Shown here piece by piece: positions 13,633 to 26,744 of a DNA stretch of 64,000 nt. Within the stretch, counting starts at the first letter, position 1. The number at the start of each line of letters is the position of its first letter. The DNA is from Octopus vulgaris (Eukaryota), in assembly GCA_951406725.2 (NCBI GenBank), contig OX597818.1, forward strand, positions 127,782,001 to 127,846,000, given 5' to 3'. The translations under genes and the position numbers were made by a program. The notes beneath the pieces were generated by a model that saw nothing but the letters and a program-made list of their open reading frames with translations, did not search any database and was not told the DNA's origin.

Positions 13633-14037
13633 AATAATAATAATAAGAGGAAGAAGAATTCTTTGGGGTTTGGATAATTCACCTTTGGAAACATGGGTGT
13701 TTCATTCAACATCCTTAAACAGTACTTATTCAGGGACCCTTTGAGCAGAATGGGCTACTCAACCTGATAAAGATTCTAACAGGGTCCCACCTGCAAGGTC
13801 ATGCGCTGTTTATCTTGATATAAGATCACCATGTTGCGTACATATGGTTATAATGTATATGCTTGCTGTACCGTTATCAAACGAGTAGTCATGATGAGTA
13901 TACTGAGCTTCGTATATTTTACTCCAGTGTCACTTTGATGTCAATAATGATAAAATAATAATAATAAATCTCAATAATAAAAGTAGTAGTGGTAGTAGTA
14001 GTAGTTTCTTTTGTTAATAATAAAGCTTCTTACTTAC

Positions 14038-14135
14038 TTGCTGAAAACTTAGATCTTGAGAAATCAAAATTGAAAGGTACAAAATATGCGATGATAATAA
14101 GGAGGAGAATTACAACCACAACTGTCCGTTTCGAT
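14038..14135 (-). CDS. KIAA2013: Coding exon 2 of KIAA2013-like gene, signal-anchor helix (SKRTVVVVILLLIIIAYFVPFNFDFSRSKFSA)
   Basis: Acceptor ttttcgtctttttcag, donor CAA|gtaagt, 98 nt, phase 2 in and 1 out. Basic residues followed by a hydrophobic helix indicate a type II anchor. Confidence 0.85.
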
Positions 14136-14346
14136 CTGAAAAAGACGAAAATATGGGAAAATTAAAAATTTTATTTCATCTTACTTTTCTTGAAAAAAAA
14201 AATGAAGTGTTTAAAGTTTAAATAATTCAAAACTGTTTTACACATAAAAAAGGAGGGAAACCAGAGTCTGATTAATGTTAACCTACTTAATGCATGGAGC
14301 ATTAAAAAGTTGACTATAAATATAAAAACCACACCCGCATGACTGA

Positions 14347-14388
<42 letters not shown>

Positions 14389-14732
14389 TGTGTGTGTATA
14401 CACATAGTAAGTAAAACCAGACATAAATGACAAATATTATTTTCATTTGTCCACCAATTACAAAAGATAACTCCAAATTCTGAGTCATATGATGGTATGA
14501 TAATATTTCTCTAAATAACTATGGCCTTCATTCCCCAATTCCATTTTATCTCGTCTTTTAAAACAAGCTAATAACCTGAAGGTTGCTAGACTAAGTTGAG
14601 TGAACAAGAAATTCTTTTGGATGCCTTTTTCAAAGATGAGATAAATTCCAGTACCAAAGGAAATTGGTGATGTTCTGCATTTATAACAATTAGTGAGAAG
14701 AGTTTGATAAGTTCAACAGCAATTAACTTTAA

Positions 14733-14954
14733 CCCTTTCATAACCATATTTATTTTGAGGTGCTCTGTGTTTCTTTCAATTAATTTTAAATATAATACAG
14801 AATTTTGTAAAATAACTTTGTTATCATTAAGCTAATTTTAGGGACATAAATTGTGACTAAGGTTTGGTAGAAGATTTTAATTCAAAACTCATGAAAACAA
14901 GACATTTGTACCACAGAATCAGAAGCAGTTTCAACCAGGTTGGTATTGAAAGGG
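14733..14954. mobile_element. TTAA-flanked (piggyBac-type) MITE; inverted copy at 33332-33552, related elements at about 17491-17671 and 40320-40534
   Basis: TTAA|CCCTTT ... AAAGGG|TTAA termini and shared internal sequence. Confidence 0.75.
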
Positions 14955-16384
14955 TTAATGAACTTAGCTATGAGCTCTCTGTTCTGAAAAAAGATTTTAT
15001 AAACCTTCTACAAACCTTTAGAGCTTGTCACTAACTCTTGGTCTCCATAGCATGAAGCAGATGAGAGACAAGCATCTCATGGATAGCAAAATTTTCCAAG
15101 AAGCTTGGTCCCTAATCCTAAAAGCTAGGAGAACAAATTTAGAGTAAAATGTCCTTTCCAGAAATACAACAAAATGGTTAGTGTATTTAGACTAACTTAT
15201 GAGCTGGAGGTAATTCTACTGTTTAATACACACAGATCTTCATTAATATATAGACTAATTAATAAAGAAAAAAAGGTTGATGACTACCATTATATACAAG
15301 TCTTTATTACAGCCTTATTATATTACACAGAAATAATCAGCAATTAACTTGTTAAAAAGAATGATTTCAAAAATTTAAGGAGATGCCTTTTGAAGACATT
15401 GGTTAACTTGTAGTACAAGTAATTAGGAAGGAAATTAGCTTAGATGAAATGTAGTTCAGGTTTCACCAGGACGAGATGTTACCAATACCCTTTTTCTTGT
15501 AAGCCAACTGCAGAAAAAATTCTTAGCAAACAGACACACACACACAAATTTTGTAAAAGGTAACTAAAAGGGTTGACATCTGGAAGGACATCTAACCTTA
15601 GAACAATGCCTCAAAAAACCCTATCCAACACATGCTAGCATGGAAGAGTAAACATAAAATATCAATGATGTCACTCAAGTTAAGTGGGATCTTTGTGGTT
15701 TTCATGGATATGCATTAGCATATCAAAACATTAAACCAGTTACAGTAAACAGTGAAAAATATGAAAACATTCATGAGCAAATTAAATACTTAAAAGCTAC
15801 AAACAAACCAACGGGAGTTGCTAGAAATGACAGTCAAAACATTGTTTAACACAGACATTTATTAGTTTAAAAAATTCAAGAACGAAAGTTTGCAATACAC
15901 TCTAGGATCTTGTAAAATAAATTATCTTTCTCAAATCTCCTTCTCCACATAGGAAAGGTTTAAAGCTGTGGCCATCATTCTAGAATAGAATTCCTTCTGT
16001 TATGAAAATAAACAATTATAGAACACATTGTGGTTACACACCTTGTGTGCATGCACAGCATCTTTGATTACTATGGAAACAGAGTTCCTTGTAATCAGCT
16101 ATGCAACATGTGGTGCTTGTTCGCTTTGGTTACTATGGAAACAGAGTTCTTAGCCATGGTAATGTGTAAAATACTCGCTTCTGATTGACTAAAATACGTC
16201 CCTAAATTTTGAAAATTTTAAAGGCTAATAACTTTTTAATTATGGATTTATAGGGAAAATGAATTTCATATTCATAATTAGTATACAAAACTTAATCCAT
16301 ATACCAAATTTGAAAACAACTGAAACAAAATTGTAAACAGTGAAGAAAACCTCAAAAATCTGTTAAGTGTTCTACTTTCATTAA

Positions 16385-16800
16385 AATTAGCGTACATGAA
16401 ATGCAGTTCAGGTTTTACCAGGATGAGGTGTCACCAATGCTCTCTTTATTGCGAGACAATTACAGAAAAAAGTCTTAGCAAATAGCAGGTCACTATACTT
16501 AGTATTCAATGACTTGGAAAAAGCTTTTGAAAGGAAACACACTCTGCAGGATTGACGGTTGCTGAGAAAATTAGACACAGATAAAATAAGTGGGAACCTT
16601 GCAAGCCAAGTACAAAAATGTTGTTAGCAAGGTGGTGCTCAGAAAGTAGTTTACTTTGAAATGTACGCTATGCAAGTCAAGAGTCCACTAGGACTTTGTT
16701 CTTAGTCTCCTTCTTATTTATCATAGTTCTCTGAGTAATAACAGAAAAGTTTAAGAATGGCTAACCTGGGATAACCATTCTTAAAACACTATGTAGCAAT
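16385..16800 (+). pseudogene. Decayed RTE-type reverse transcriptase fragment (related piece at about 15400-15530)
   Basis: EMQF.., NALFIARQLQKKVLANSRSLYLVFNDLEKAFER motifs. Confidence 0.65.
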
Positions 16801-16829
16801 GACTAGTTATTATACAGACATGCACTGAA

Positions 16830-17240
16830 ACTGCAACATCTCCAGTGCTTCATAGATGATGGTGAACAGGTGTGATCGCCGTTTGCAAGATGCACTTTTC
16901 CGCAGCTCATCTCATTGCTGAAATGCAATCCTGGATCAAGCAGAGACCAAGGCTGGGCAAATGGCACCACAAGTGTCGCCATGTGCTCAAGCAGCTCTGT
17001 CATTCGAGTTTAAGCTTGTGCAATTTCAGTTCCACCAAGGCATTCTATAGAGGATTAGTGGAGAGGAAGTGCAACAAAGTTCTTGGGGAGACTGAGCGTC
17101 AACAGGGAATATCTGACTCACCTTTTCAGGACCACTTTCAGGTCAGGACCTATGGAAAACTTCCAGAGATCACTGGCCTGGCAGTGCTATTGGGGAATAT
17201 TGCCCATTCAAGATAAAGTCTACAGAAATGGATTAAGAAA
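16830..17240 (+). pseudogene. L1/Tx1-like LINE ORF2 C-terminal (zf-RVT-proximal) fragment
   Basis: QSWIKQRPRLGKWHHKCRHVLKQL..STKAFYRGLVE and LFRTTF..MENFQRSLAWQCYWGILPIQDKVYR across a frameshift. Family assignment is from recall. Confidence 0.5.
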
Positions 17241-17251
17241 TACCAACCTAT

Positions 17252-17308
<57 letters not shown>

Positions 17309-18799
17309 TTTTAGCCATTCACAAACATACAAAACTTATTAACTTCACTTAAACCGATTACTATTTGGTGTCAAGATATTCACCATGCTAAATGCAATTT
17401 GTTCACTGACAGTTCTACAACAGGTCTAAGATGAGGCTATTGGCCAGTACATACAAGTCTCAAGGTTTTAAATATTATTTTAAATATATTTAACCCTTTA
17501 TTCTGTCAAAATCATGCATTATCTTGTAACTTTGAGATTTTGATGAGATAACTGTTACTTTTTAAAGTGATATTGTAGGATTGTAGTGCAAGACCAAATC
17601 TAACCAACTTGAGCATAAAACAGGTAGAATATTTTGGCTAGATGTGACTGATTTAAGTGCTAAAAGGTTAAAACCCTGAAACCTGTATGCAGTGACAAGG
17701 AGTCTCACCTGAGACTTGTTGCAGTAGAACTATACCAGTGAACAGGTGGCAGTTGGTGTGACAAAAATTTTGATACCAAATAATAAATGTTTAAGTGAAG
17801 TTAAAATTTTTTTGCATCTTCAGTGCTGTAATTGTCATAGCTTGAAAACATGGCCTTAGTTCAAATCACTTGCCAGAGATATACATCGCCAAAAACAATG
17901 AAGTTATTTATCCAAAATCACAATAGCAGCCCTAATATCTCATCCACATAGGCTATATTAACCTACAACATACAGGTAATTAAGCAAGTGCTCAGCAGTA
18001 GCCCACAGAACCACAACACCAGATATACAAGCATGTATAAGCTTTGTCACCAAACTTATGACTATAATTCTAGCCATAAGCATGCCATATTTGAGCATAT
18101 TCATCTTGAAATTTCATCTGCAAATTGATTTCCAAGTTTGGGAAAAATGATAATGACCTTCAAGAAGTTCTTAAGGGCTTAGATTAATTTTCTGACATCA
18201 AATATGATATAAATCTTTCCCTGGACAGGACACCAGTATGTTACAGCTAGCATTCACACAAGATCCAATGCCTGTTTCCACCAGTTAGGTGAACAGAAGT
18301 GCATGGAATTAAGTATAGTGCTCAAATACCTAACAGAATGTCCACAGTGAATTTGAACTCCAAAACTAAGAGGTGGTAATAGCCTAATACCATGAATGCT
18401 CATTTTTTCCAGTTTGATTCTAGATTTTCTAGATTTAAAGATGAAGGCACACTAACATTGGTGACGTTAGCTGCTGTGTTTTCAGATTCAAACAAGCATG
18501 TTTGGACACATATGACAAACTGTATCTATTATCTTAAACAGGTCAACACATCAGAAAATATATTATTTCATTACAGATAAATCATTGAACAATTTTCTCA
18601 ATACATAGATTTTTCTTTCTTTAAAGAGAAACAGATCTTGTTGACTTTAATGCATCACTAGGAATCCAATTTCATCAAACCTTGTGGGATTAAGGGCAAT
18701 GTTTACCTCAGTAATGTCAAATCAAAAAACAGATATTATAGACTAGACTATTACAAATACCAACCACAGAGCCAAATCAATAAATTTCTCATCATCCTT

Positions 18800-19480
18800 G
18801 GACTGAAAATATCAATACACCTCTCGTTAAATATTGATTATTATGTCCCTACTAACATTACAAAACAGAAATGTTACTAATATATCACAACTGGTGCACA
18901 GTTTTCCATAGCCAGTTAAGATATCCTACCAGTTGGCGCATGTCTGCATAGCAGTTTAAATGTGAGATGGTCTGTTACCAGCCATACAATGCAGATTGAA
19001 TCAAAACTGATCCGAATACTAGAGACTCTGATCTGAGCAGGAGTTCTGAAGTGGTTTCCTCTTAATGTATCCAAACCTATGGGACTAAGTACTGTTATAT
19101 AATGTTGAAATACTGTTCACTCCTCATCCTAGGTGATTCTATCAACTGTGTCAGTTACAATTCCATCTTCAAATTTTTTATTAATACTAACAGTAACACT
19201 AAATCGCTCTGAACTCAGAGCTAGCTCTCACCATAAAAACAGTATACTAGTACATGACTTGCACAGCTCTAATATTCCATTCATTCACACATAGTGGTCT
19301 TGGCAATTACCAAACTAAAAAACACAGTACCCTGTCAAAAATTTCTTGAGATCAATGAATGCTAGGTACAATGGCTTATGTTGAATAATGAGCTTCTCCT
19401 ACATTAAGAAGAGGTTATTGGTGATAGCCTTCCTGGAACACTCATCAACTGCATCTCCTCTAAGCTGATGTTTTTTTTTT
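18800..19480 (-). pseudogene. Decayed RTE-type reverse transcriptase fragment
   Basis: HKPLYLAFIDLKK, EWNIRAVQVMY and LLCR/YAD-region remnants on the minus strand. Confidence 0.6.
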
Positions 19481-22400
19481 TTTGTTTTGGTTTATCTAAT
19501 TACTTGTACAATAATTAGTATTATAACTTGATTCATTAGTCTCATACCAGTCTAATTCCCTTTCTAAAGCATCTTGTCTGTAGCCTGGGGAAGTGAAGTG
19601 TTGTTAGCATGCATAACTGCAGCTTTTATAGTAAGCAAATGTGATTTTAGAGATAAAGGCTACTCAAATGACACCCACCACTTATAAAGCAGCCATTTAC
19701 ACACACTACTAATATGCCAAATCCTTAAGCCTTTTCCAAAAATAGAAATTCATCATCATCATCATCATCATTTAGCGTCCACTTTCCATGCTAGCATGGG
19801 TTGGACGGTTCACCTGGGGTCTGTGAAGCCAGAAGGCTGCATCAGGCCCAGTTTGATCTGGCAGTGTTTCTACGGCTGGATGCCCTTCTTCAATTATAAT
19901 ATTCACAGAAATTCAAAGCCACTGAAATCAGTGGCATATTCAGGCAAAAGCTTATTCCAGACAATCTCAGGCAGATGGATTTTATTTCTTTCCATGAATA
20001 ATTGTTTTTCAAATTGTATGCTAATTATTAAAATTCTTCTAAAATTTTTAAGTGTATTAGCACCTTCTCTAGGTCGTAACTTCAACTGCTTCTGCAAAGT
20101 ACTTCCAAAAAAATAAATCATAAAAAAAGAATTAACACGCTCACCAATAAGCCATAAGAATGAAATTGCAATTATTAGTAAGAAAAAAAAAATAAAATTT
20201 TTCACTATCATACAAGTGATTTTGGATGTCCAGAAGGATTGTTTTGAAGCAAAACAGCTTTGTACAAGTGCAGTACAGCCAGCAACCACTCACAAATGAG
20301 GGCTGCTTGGTAACATGTACTACACTTTCACTAATCATTTTAGATATCTATGTAATTGAAAGTAACCCACTAGAACATACAGGATGTGATGGCTGACAAT
20401 ACAAATGTGTGTGTATACATATATATATATATATATAATTTTAATCCAAACGGGAAACAAAAAACAACAACAATGGAACAATTACAGTATTATTATTAAT
20501 AGGCGCTCAGGAAATGGAAGCAGGGAGGTATGACGTTTCGAGCGGAGCTCTTATATATACATACTTTTATTCTTATTCTTTTACTTGTTTCAGTCATGTG
20601 ACTGTGGCCATGCCGGAGCACTGCCTTTAGTCGAACAAATCGACCCCAGGACTTATTCTTTGTAAGCCGAGTGCTTATTCTATCGATCTGAACCACTAAG
20701 TAACTGTGACACAAACACACCAACATTAGTTATCAAGTGATGGTGGTGGGACAAACGTATACATATATCATCATCGTTCAAAGTCCGCCTTCCATGTTTG
20801 CATGGGTGGGACAGTTTCACAAGAGCTGGCCAGGCAGAAGTCTGCACCAGACTTCTGTGACTGTTTTGGCAGTATTGCTACAGTTGGAGGCCCTTCCTAA
20901 CACTAACCACTCAGCAGAGTGGACTTAGTGCTTTTTACACAGTACAAGCACAGGCGAGGTCAGTTTTAGCAAGGGTTTTGTGGTTGTATGCCTTCCAACC
21001 ACCAACAGTGTGGACTGAATGCTTTTAAGTGGCACCTGCACTGACAGGGTCACCAAATACATACAAGACAAAAAAATTTTTAAGAGGGAAGGGGACATTG
21101 GAGGAGGTGATTTGTGTCAAATGATGAAAGGTAAAAGTAAGAGAGAGAGACAGAAACAGGTGTCTTGTAGAGGAAGAACAAGGTTACCCAACCGGAGAGA
21201 GAGAGATCAGGAATGAAGACAGAAACAGGTACACTACTACAAAGGAAATACAAGGTTACCCAACTTGAGGGAAGTGCAAGAGGAGGAAGAGAGAGTAGAA
21301 GACAGCATGATAGAGATGGTGGCAAAATGCAAGGCATACTCAGAATATAAACGGGATGGTTGAGTAAAGGAAAAGAAAGATATAGATGGTGGCAAGTACC
21401 AGGGCATACCCTTGATGTTCAAACACCATAATAGAAGTGGCAGGATATTGCAAAGGAAGTGTGATTCAAGAGTGCGGAGTGGCAAAAACCTGGGTATATA
21501 TAGAGTCGGGATGCACTCTGAGTGCTCAAATTGGTATGCCACTAAAATTCTGGTTTGAAATGCAGCTGAACATGTGATTTTGTGACTGCCTTTCTAAAGC
21601 AGCTAGAAGTGGCTTCCCCTTGAGTCAGTAGGTATAAATTAAAGCAGAAATGAAAAGGCATCCAGTTCAACAAAACTTGACACGATCATTTAATATAGAT
21701 ATATAATAATAAAAATATATCGTTATAAATAGGAGGTATTCTAGAACAGCTGTTAGAGACTATGTATATACCTTTTTATTAATGTATAGCTAAATTAAAT
21801 GTCCTTGTCAAGTCTTGCCAAACCATTTGTCTTTTCACGCATGTATTTATGTATGTATGTAGAGCCAGGTAGTGGAAATTAAGATAAACACCAGTATTTA
21901 GTTTCTACACTTCCCCATTACAATTATTTGGGATTCAGCATTGGATATTCCAAGAGTATTTGAATGCCTTACTGCAATGGGTCACCAGGGAAACACTTTT
22001 TTGTATTCCATTAGCAATCAAATACCAGATACATGCTGAGTTCAAGCATGATCATTACCAGCATTGCCTTACTTGCACCTGTGCCGGTGGCATGTGAAAA
22101 AGATTCAAGCGAGGTCGTTGCCAGTACCGCCTGATTGGCCCCCGTGTCGGTGGCACGTAAAAAGCAACCACTACACTCTCGGAGTGGCTGGCGTTAGGAA
22201 GGACATCCAGCAGTAGAAACTCTGCCAGATCAAGATTGAAGCCTGGTGCAGCCATCTTGTTCACCAGCCCTCAGTCAAATCGTCCAACCCATGCTAGCAT
22301 GGAAAGCAGACGTTAAACGATGATGATGATGATATACATAATGATACCTACAAACTCATGTTCAAGTTTTATCATCACCTGATCAAAAGTCCCACACATG

Positions 22401-23129
22401 TGAAGGCTACGACCAGCCATTTTTGTGATTGGTCTTACTTTTTTTTCAAGCAGTGCCTGTGCATGATGATTTTTTTTTATAGTAGGGAAAGGATTTGCAC
22501 AAATTCAATCTCACTCTCTGAACATGGACAACATAAAATCAGAAGCGCTCATGAGCAGTCAATGGTCATCCAATAATGTGTACATGTGTATGTATGCATG
22601 TATGTATGTAGACACGGAGACGTGGAAATACCTGGATTTGTGTCTCGGTGTGAGTTGGCCCAGTGGGAGGCTCCTGTTGTTGTTACATCTCTCTAGGAGA
22701 GGATTTCTTCGAGGGGAGACATGGAGTGGCCAGCAAGGTCACCAGATTTAAGCACTTGTGACTTTTCCTTTTGGGGATCATCATCATCATCGTTTAACGT
22801 CCGCTTTCCATGCTAGCATGGGTTGGATGGTTCAACTGGGGTCTGGGGAGCCCGAAGGCTGCACCAGGCCAGTCAGATCTGGCAGTGTTTCTACAGCTGG
22901 ATGCCCTTCCTAACGTCAACCACTCCGAGAGTGTAGTGGGTGATTTTATGTGCCACCGACACAGGTGCCAGACGAGGCTGGCGAATGGCCACACTCGGAT
23001 GGTGTTTTTTTATGTGCCACCGACACAGGTGCCAGACGAGGTTGGCAGACGGCCACGCTCGGATGGTGTTTTTTATATGCCACCGACACAGGTGCCAGAC
23101 GAGGCTGGCGAACGGCCACGCTTGGAAAC

Positions 23130-23421
23130 CTAAAGGAAAAAGCTTTCCAACATCAGCCTCAAACTCTTGAGGATTTGAAAGAAAGGATTCATGAGGAAAT
23201 CAACACAATACCACCTGAGATGACACAGAGAGTCATGGAGAATTTCCAGGAACAGCTACATCAATGTATTGCCAACAATGGCCACCATTTACCTGATATA
23301 GTTTTTAAAACCCAGTAAAATAAACTGTTTTTTATATATTTTTCAGAAACATATTTTTCCCCGGATGTTTGTGTTTTCTTTTTATATTCATTCACAATGT
23401 AGATCTTTATCTCCACCCTGT
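23130..23421 (+). pseudogene. 3' fragment of a rosa/DD41D-like mariner transposase plus TIR end
   Basis: KEKAFQHQPQTLEDLKERIHEEINTIPPEMTQRVMENFQEQLHQCIANNGHHLPDIVFK is a typical C-terminus of this group. The element ends in ...ccaccctg. 5' part cut by an RTE insertion. Confidence 0.65.
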
Positions 23422-23651
23422 GTGTGTGTGTGTTTGTCCTACTATCACTGTTTGACAACTAGTGTTGGTGTGTTTACAGAACCGTAACTTAGTTTGGCAA
23501 AAGAAACCAATATAACAAGTACTAGGCTTGAGATATAAGTCCCAGGGTCAATTTGTTCAGCTAAACCCCTTCAAGACAGTGTTCCAGCATGGTCGCAGTA
23601 AAATGACAAACAAGTAAAAGAATAAAAGAATATATACATAAATACACATAC

Positions 23652-24046
23652 AGGCGCAGGAGTGGCTGTGTGGTAAGTAGCTTGCTTACCAACCACATGG
23701 TTCCGGGTTCAGTCCCACTGCGTGGCATCTTGGGCAAGTGTCTTCTACTATAGCCTCGGGCCGACCAAAGCCTTGTGAGTGGATTTGGTAGACGGAAACT
23801 GAAAGAAGCCCGTCGTATATATGTATATATATATATATGTGTGTGTTTGTCCCCCTAGCATTGTTTGACAACCGATGCTGGTGTGTTTACGTCCCCGTAA
23901 CTTAGCGGTTCGGCAAAAAGAGGCTGATAGAATAAGTACTAGGCTTACAAAGAATAAGTCCTGGGGTCGATTTGCACGACTAAAAGGCAGTGCTCCAGCA
24001 TGGCCACAGTCAAATGACTGAAACAAGTAAAAAGTAAGTAAAAAGT
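23652..24046 (+). mobile_element. tRNA-derived SINE family A with internal (TA)/(TG) microsatellite (other copies at about 2133-2676, 6858-9197 split, 37214-38125 split, 44603-45020, 45653-46255, 48821-49462, 52243-52650, 53405-54145, 55163-55539 minus, 56270-57040)
   Basis: Head ggcgcaggagtggctgtgtggtaag..gggttcagtcccactgcg with A/B-box-like motifs, conserved body, (gtaaaaga)n tail. Confidence 0.85.
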
Positions 24047-24319
24047 AAATGTACACACACACACACATGGATGGATGGCCCCCCACCTGTCATAAATTAT
24101 TGCTGAACAATCTGCACAAATTATTTGTTTGTAGTGATCAAATATTCGTGCTGTACATTATTAGCCCATTCTCTCCATATGGCAGATGTCAAACTGATTG
24201 CAGAGCAACATGAAATGAAATGTTTGATCAAGAACTCAATGCACCATCCAAAACCATGATCATGCAATCATGAGTACAACACTCTGTTCCAACAGAACAT
24301 AAAATGTGTGTGTGTGTTT

Positions 24320-24702
24320 GAGGCGCAATGGCCCAGTGATTAGGGCAGCGGACTCGCGGTCATAGGATCGCGGTTTCGATTCCCAGACCGGGCGTTGTGA
24401 GTGTTTATTGAGCGAAAACACCTAAAAGCTCCACGAGGCTCCGGCAGGGGATGGTGGTGATCCCTGCTGTACTCTTTCACCACAACTTTCTCTCACTCTT
24501 ACTTCCTGTTTCTGTTGTACCTGTATTTCAAAGGGCCGGCCTTGTCACTCTCTGTGTCACGCTGAATATCCCCGAGAACTACGTTAAGGGTACACGTGTC
24601 TGTGGAGTGCTCAGCCACATACACGTTAATTTCACAAGCAGGCTGTTCCCTTGATTCGGATTAACCGGAACCCTCATCGTCATAACCGACGGAGTGCTTC
24701 CC
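24320..24702 (+). mobile_element. tRNA-Arg-derived SINE family C, OR-like (copies at 5546-5933 minus, 46770-47147 minus)
   Basis: tggcccagtg..agggcagcggacTCGcggtc..ggtttcgattccc head. The copy at 5546 is flanked by TSD aattttcagat. Confidence 0.85.
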
Positions 24703-25309
24703 GTGTGTGTGTGCATGCGCATGCAAGGGAGACATACCTATATATCTGGTGCCCCTGACTTTGTTTTCTCATAACGTCAAGAAAAATGGATATATTTTTA
24801 TGAAAATTACAAAATATGCTTCAGATAGTGTAGATTCTGATTATGTAGGAATTTATGGTAAAAAATTTTTTTCAGAGGGTGAGGTGAGGAGTTTCGAAAA
24901 ATTAACAATAGTCAGCTTTGAAATTTTCTACACACAACTTCCAGAATGTGGCCATTCCAAATATATCAAAATTTAATATTAAAAAAAACTTGGTGGGTTC
25001 ATACACATACATACTGACACACATCATGTCTACAAAATGAAACTAGAAATTTCAAAAAAAAAATTGTGATATGTATCAAAAAGTATGTGTACAAGTCCAT
25101 TTCCTTTTAATATTAAATTCTGGTATAATCATAATCTACACCAGTGGTTTTCAACCAGGGTTCCGCAAGAAGTTACAAAACTGCTAAAATCGGCAGTAAT
25201 TTTTCATTCTCCTGTGCAGATATGTGTGCATAAGACTATTAAATTATTGCAATGTTTCTTTGGGGTTCCGCTCCAGCAAAAAGGTTGAAAAGCACTGATC
25301 TTCACACTC

Positions 25310-26740
25310 TCTGACCCGTCACTAAGCCCCTGCAACCCCTATGGTCGCAGGGGGCCTCTGCAGTCGAGGGGCCCCCATGTTAAGATAAGTACGTAGATGA
25401 GTCATCTATTTACTTTGGTTAAGATGTTGAGCAAGAATAAAACTATGTTAACTGAAAATTTCAAGAAATAAAATGGTAATACATTGTACCTGCAAAAGTT
25501 CTTGCAAAAATATTACATTGTACCATTAACGAGTACCAGACTTTGTGGATTGTCTATGAAATCTATTGAACATGAACTTAACAATCAGCTTGATTATTCT
25601 GAACTGAATGATGATTTCACTAAGTGAAAAGTGCACCGTATTTGTCTTTGAAAGTTGCCTGGATTATAAAAGTGTTCTTTATTCATATCTGGAAGTTTTA
25701 CTTGTTGAAATTTGTAAGTGACCTAAATAAATTTAACATGTTGTACTTATAAAGATGTTCTTTAGGATAACGAGAAATATTGAACTTCAGAGGTGTGTGA
25801 AAAAGTGCCAATGCCTAGCAGTAGAGGGAACCCGTGGAAGAGGTAGACCCAGGAAAACCTGGGACGAGGTGGTGAAGCACGACCTTCGAACTTTAGGCCT
25901 CACCGAGGCAATGACCAGCGACCGAGACCTTTGGAAATATGCTGTGCGTGAGAAGACCAGGAAGGACAAGTGAGTCCAGCCCACTTAAGCATGTCTTTCC
26001 TCCCTTGGACACACAAAGACCTATTGAGGCAAGCAAAGTCGAAATCGAACCTCATCTGATGACAGGCACCCATGCCAACTTCACTTCATTGTACACTAAA
26101 CTCTGCTTTCGACCCTGTGTTTGAGGAGATCCATTGAGTCAAGTACACCGACATCAAAATCAATGGAAACTGCAGTTGTGATCCCTGAGCTGGTGGCACG
26201 TAAAAAGCACCATCTGAACGTGGCCGATGCCAGCGCTGCCTTGACTGGCTTCCGTGCCGGTGGCACGTAAAAAGCGCTATCCGAATCGTGGCCGATGCCA
26301 GCCCCACCTTGACTGGCTTCGATGCCGGTGGCACGTAAAAAGCACCATCCAAATCGTGGCCGATTGCCAGTACCGCCTTGACTGGCTTCTGTGCCGGTGA
26401 CACGTAAAATGCACCAATCCGATCGTGGCCGTTGCCAGCCTCACCTGGCACCTGTGCAGGTGGCACATAAAAAGCACCCACTACACTCATGGAGTGGTTG
26501 GCGTTAGGAAGGGCATCCAGCTGTAGAAACACTGCCAGATCAGACCGGAGCCTGGTGCAGCCTTCTGGCTTCCCAGATCCCCGGTCGAACCGTCCAACCC
26601 ATGCTAGCATGGAGAACAGACGTTAAACAATGATGATGATGATAGCTATGAATAAGAGGTGCATAGGTTATGAATTTTGATTGAAAGGGATGGGACTTCA
26701 AAACAAAAAGTTGCAGGGAGCCTCTAAAAGACATGCAATG
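25310..26740 (+). mobile_element. Non-autonomous hAT-derived element retaining a dimerisation-domain remnant
   Basis: RLCGLSMKSIEHELNNQLDYSELNDDF at about 25535-25620 resembles the hAT C-terminus. Complementary ccctgcaac / gttgcaggg motifs lie near the two ends. Confidence 0.5.
25790..26642 (+). mobile_element. RTE LINE 3' end nested in a hAT-derived element
   Basis: GTRGRGRPRKTWDEVVKHDL...SDRDLWKYAV, 3' UTR with units of about 66 bp, (GAT)n tail. Confidence 0.85.
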
Positions 26741-26744
26741 GAGC

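Noticed and set aside
19903-20289. 128-aa minus-strand ORF in intron 1
   Set aside because: No recognisable domain, no convincing splice pair, and exons 1 and 2 already join in phase without it.
24320-24395. Possible tRNA-Arg gene
   Set aside because: It is the head of a SINE that continues into a conserved 300-bp body present three times in the window.
26185-26485. CRISPR-like repeat/spacer appearance
   Set aside because: The spacers are homologous to one another, the array sits in a LINE 3' UTR, the context is eukaryotic and there are no cas genes.
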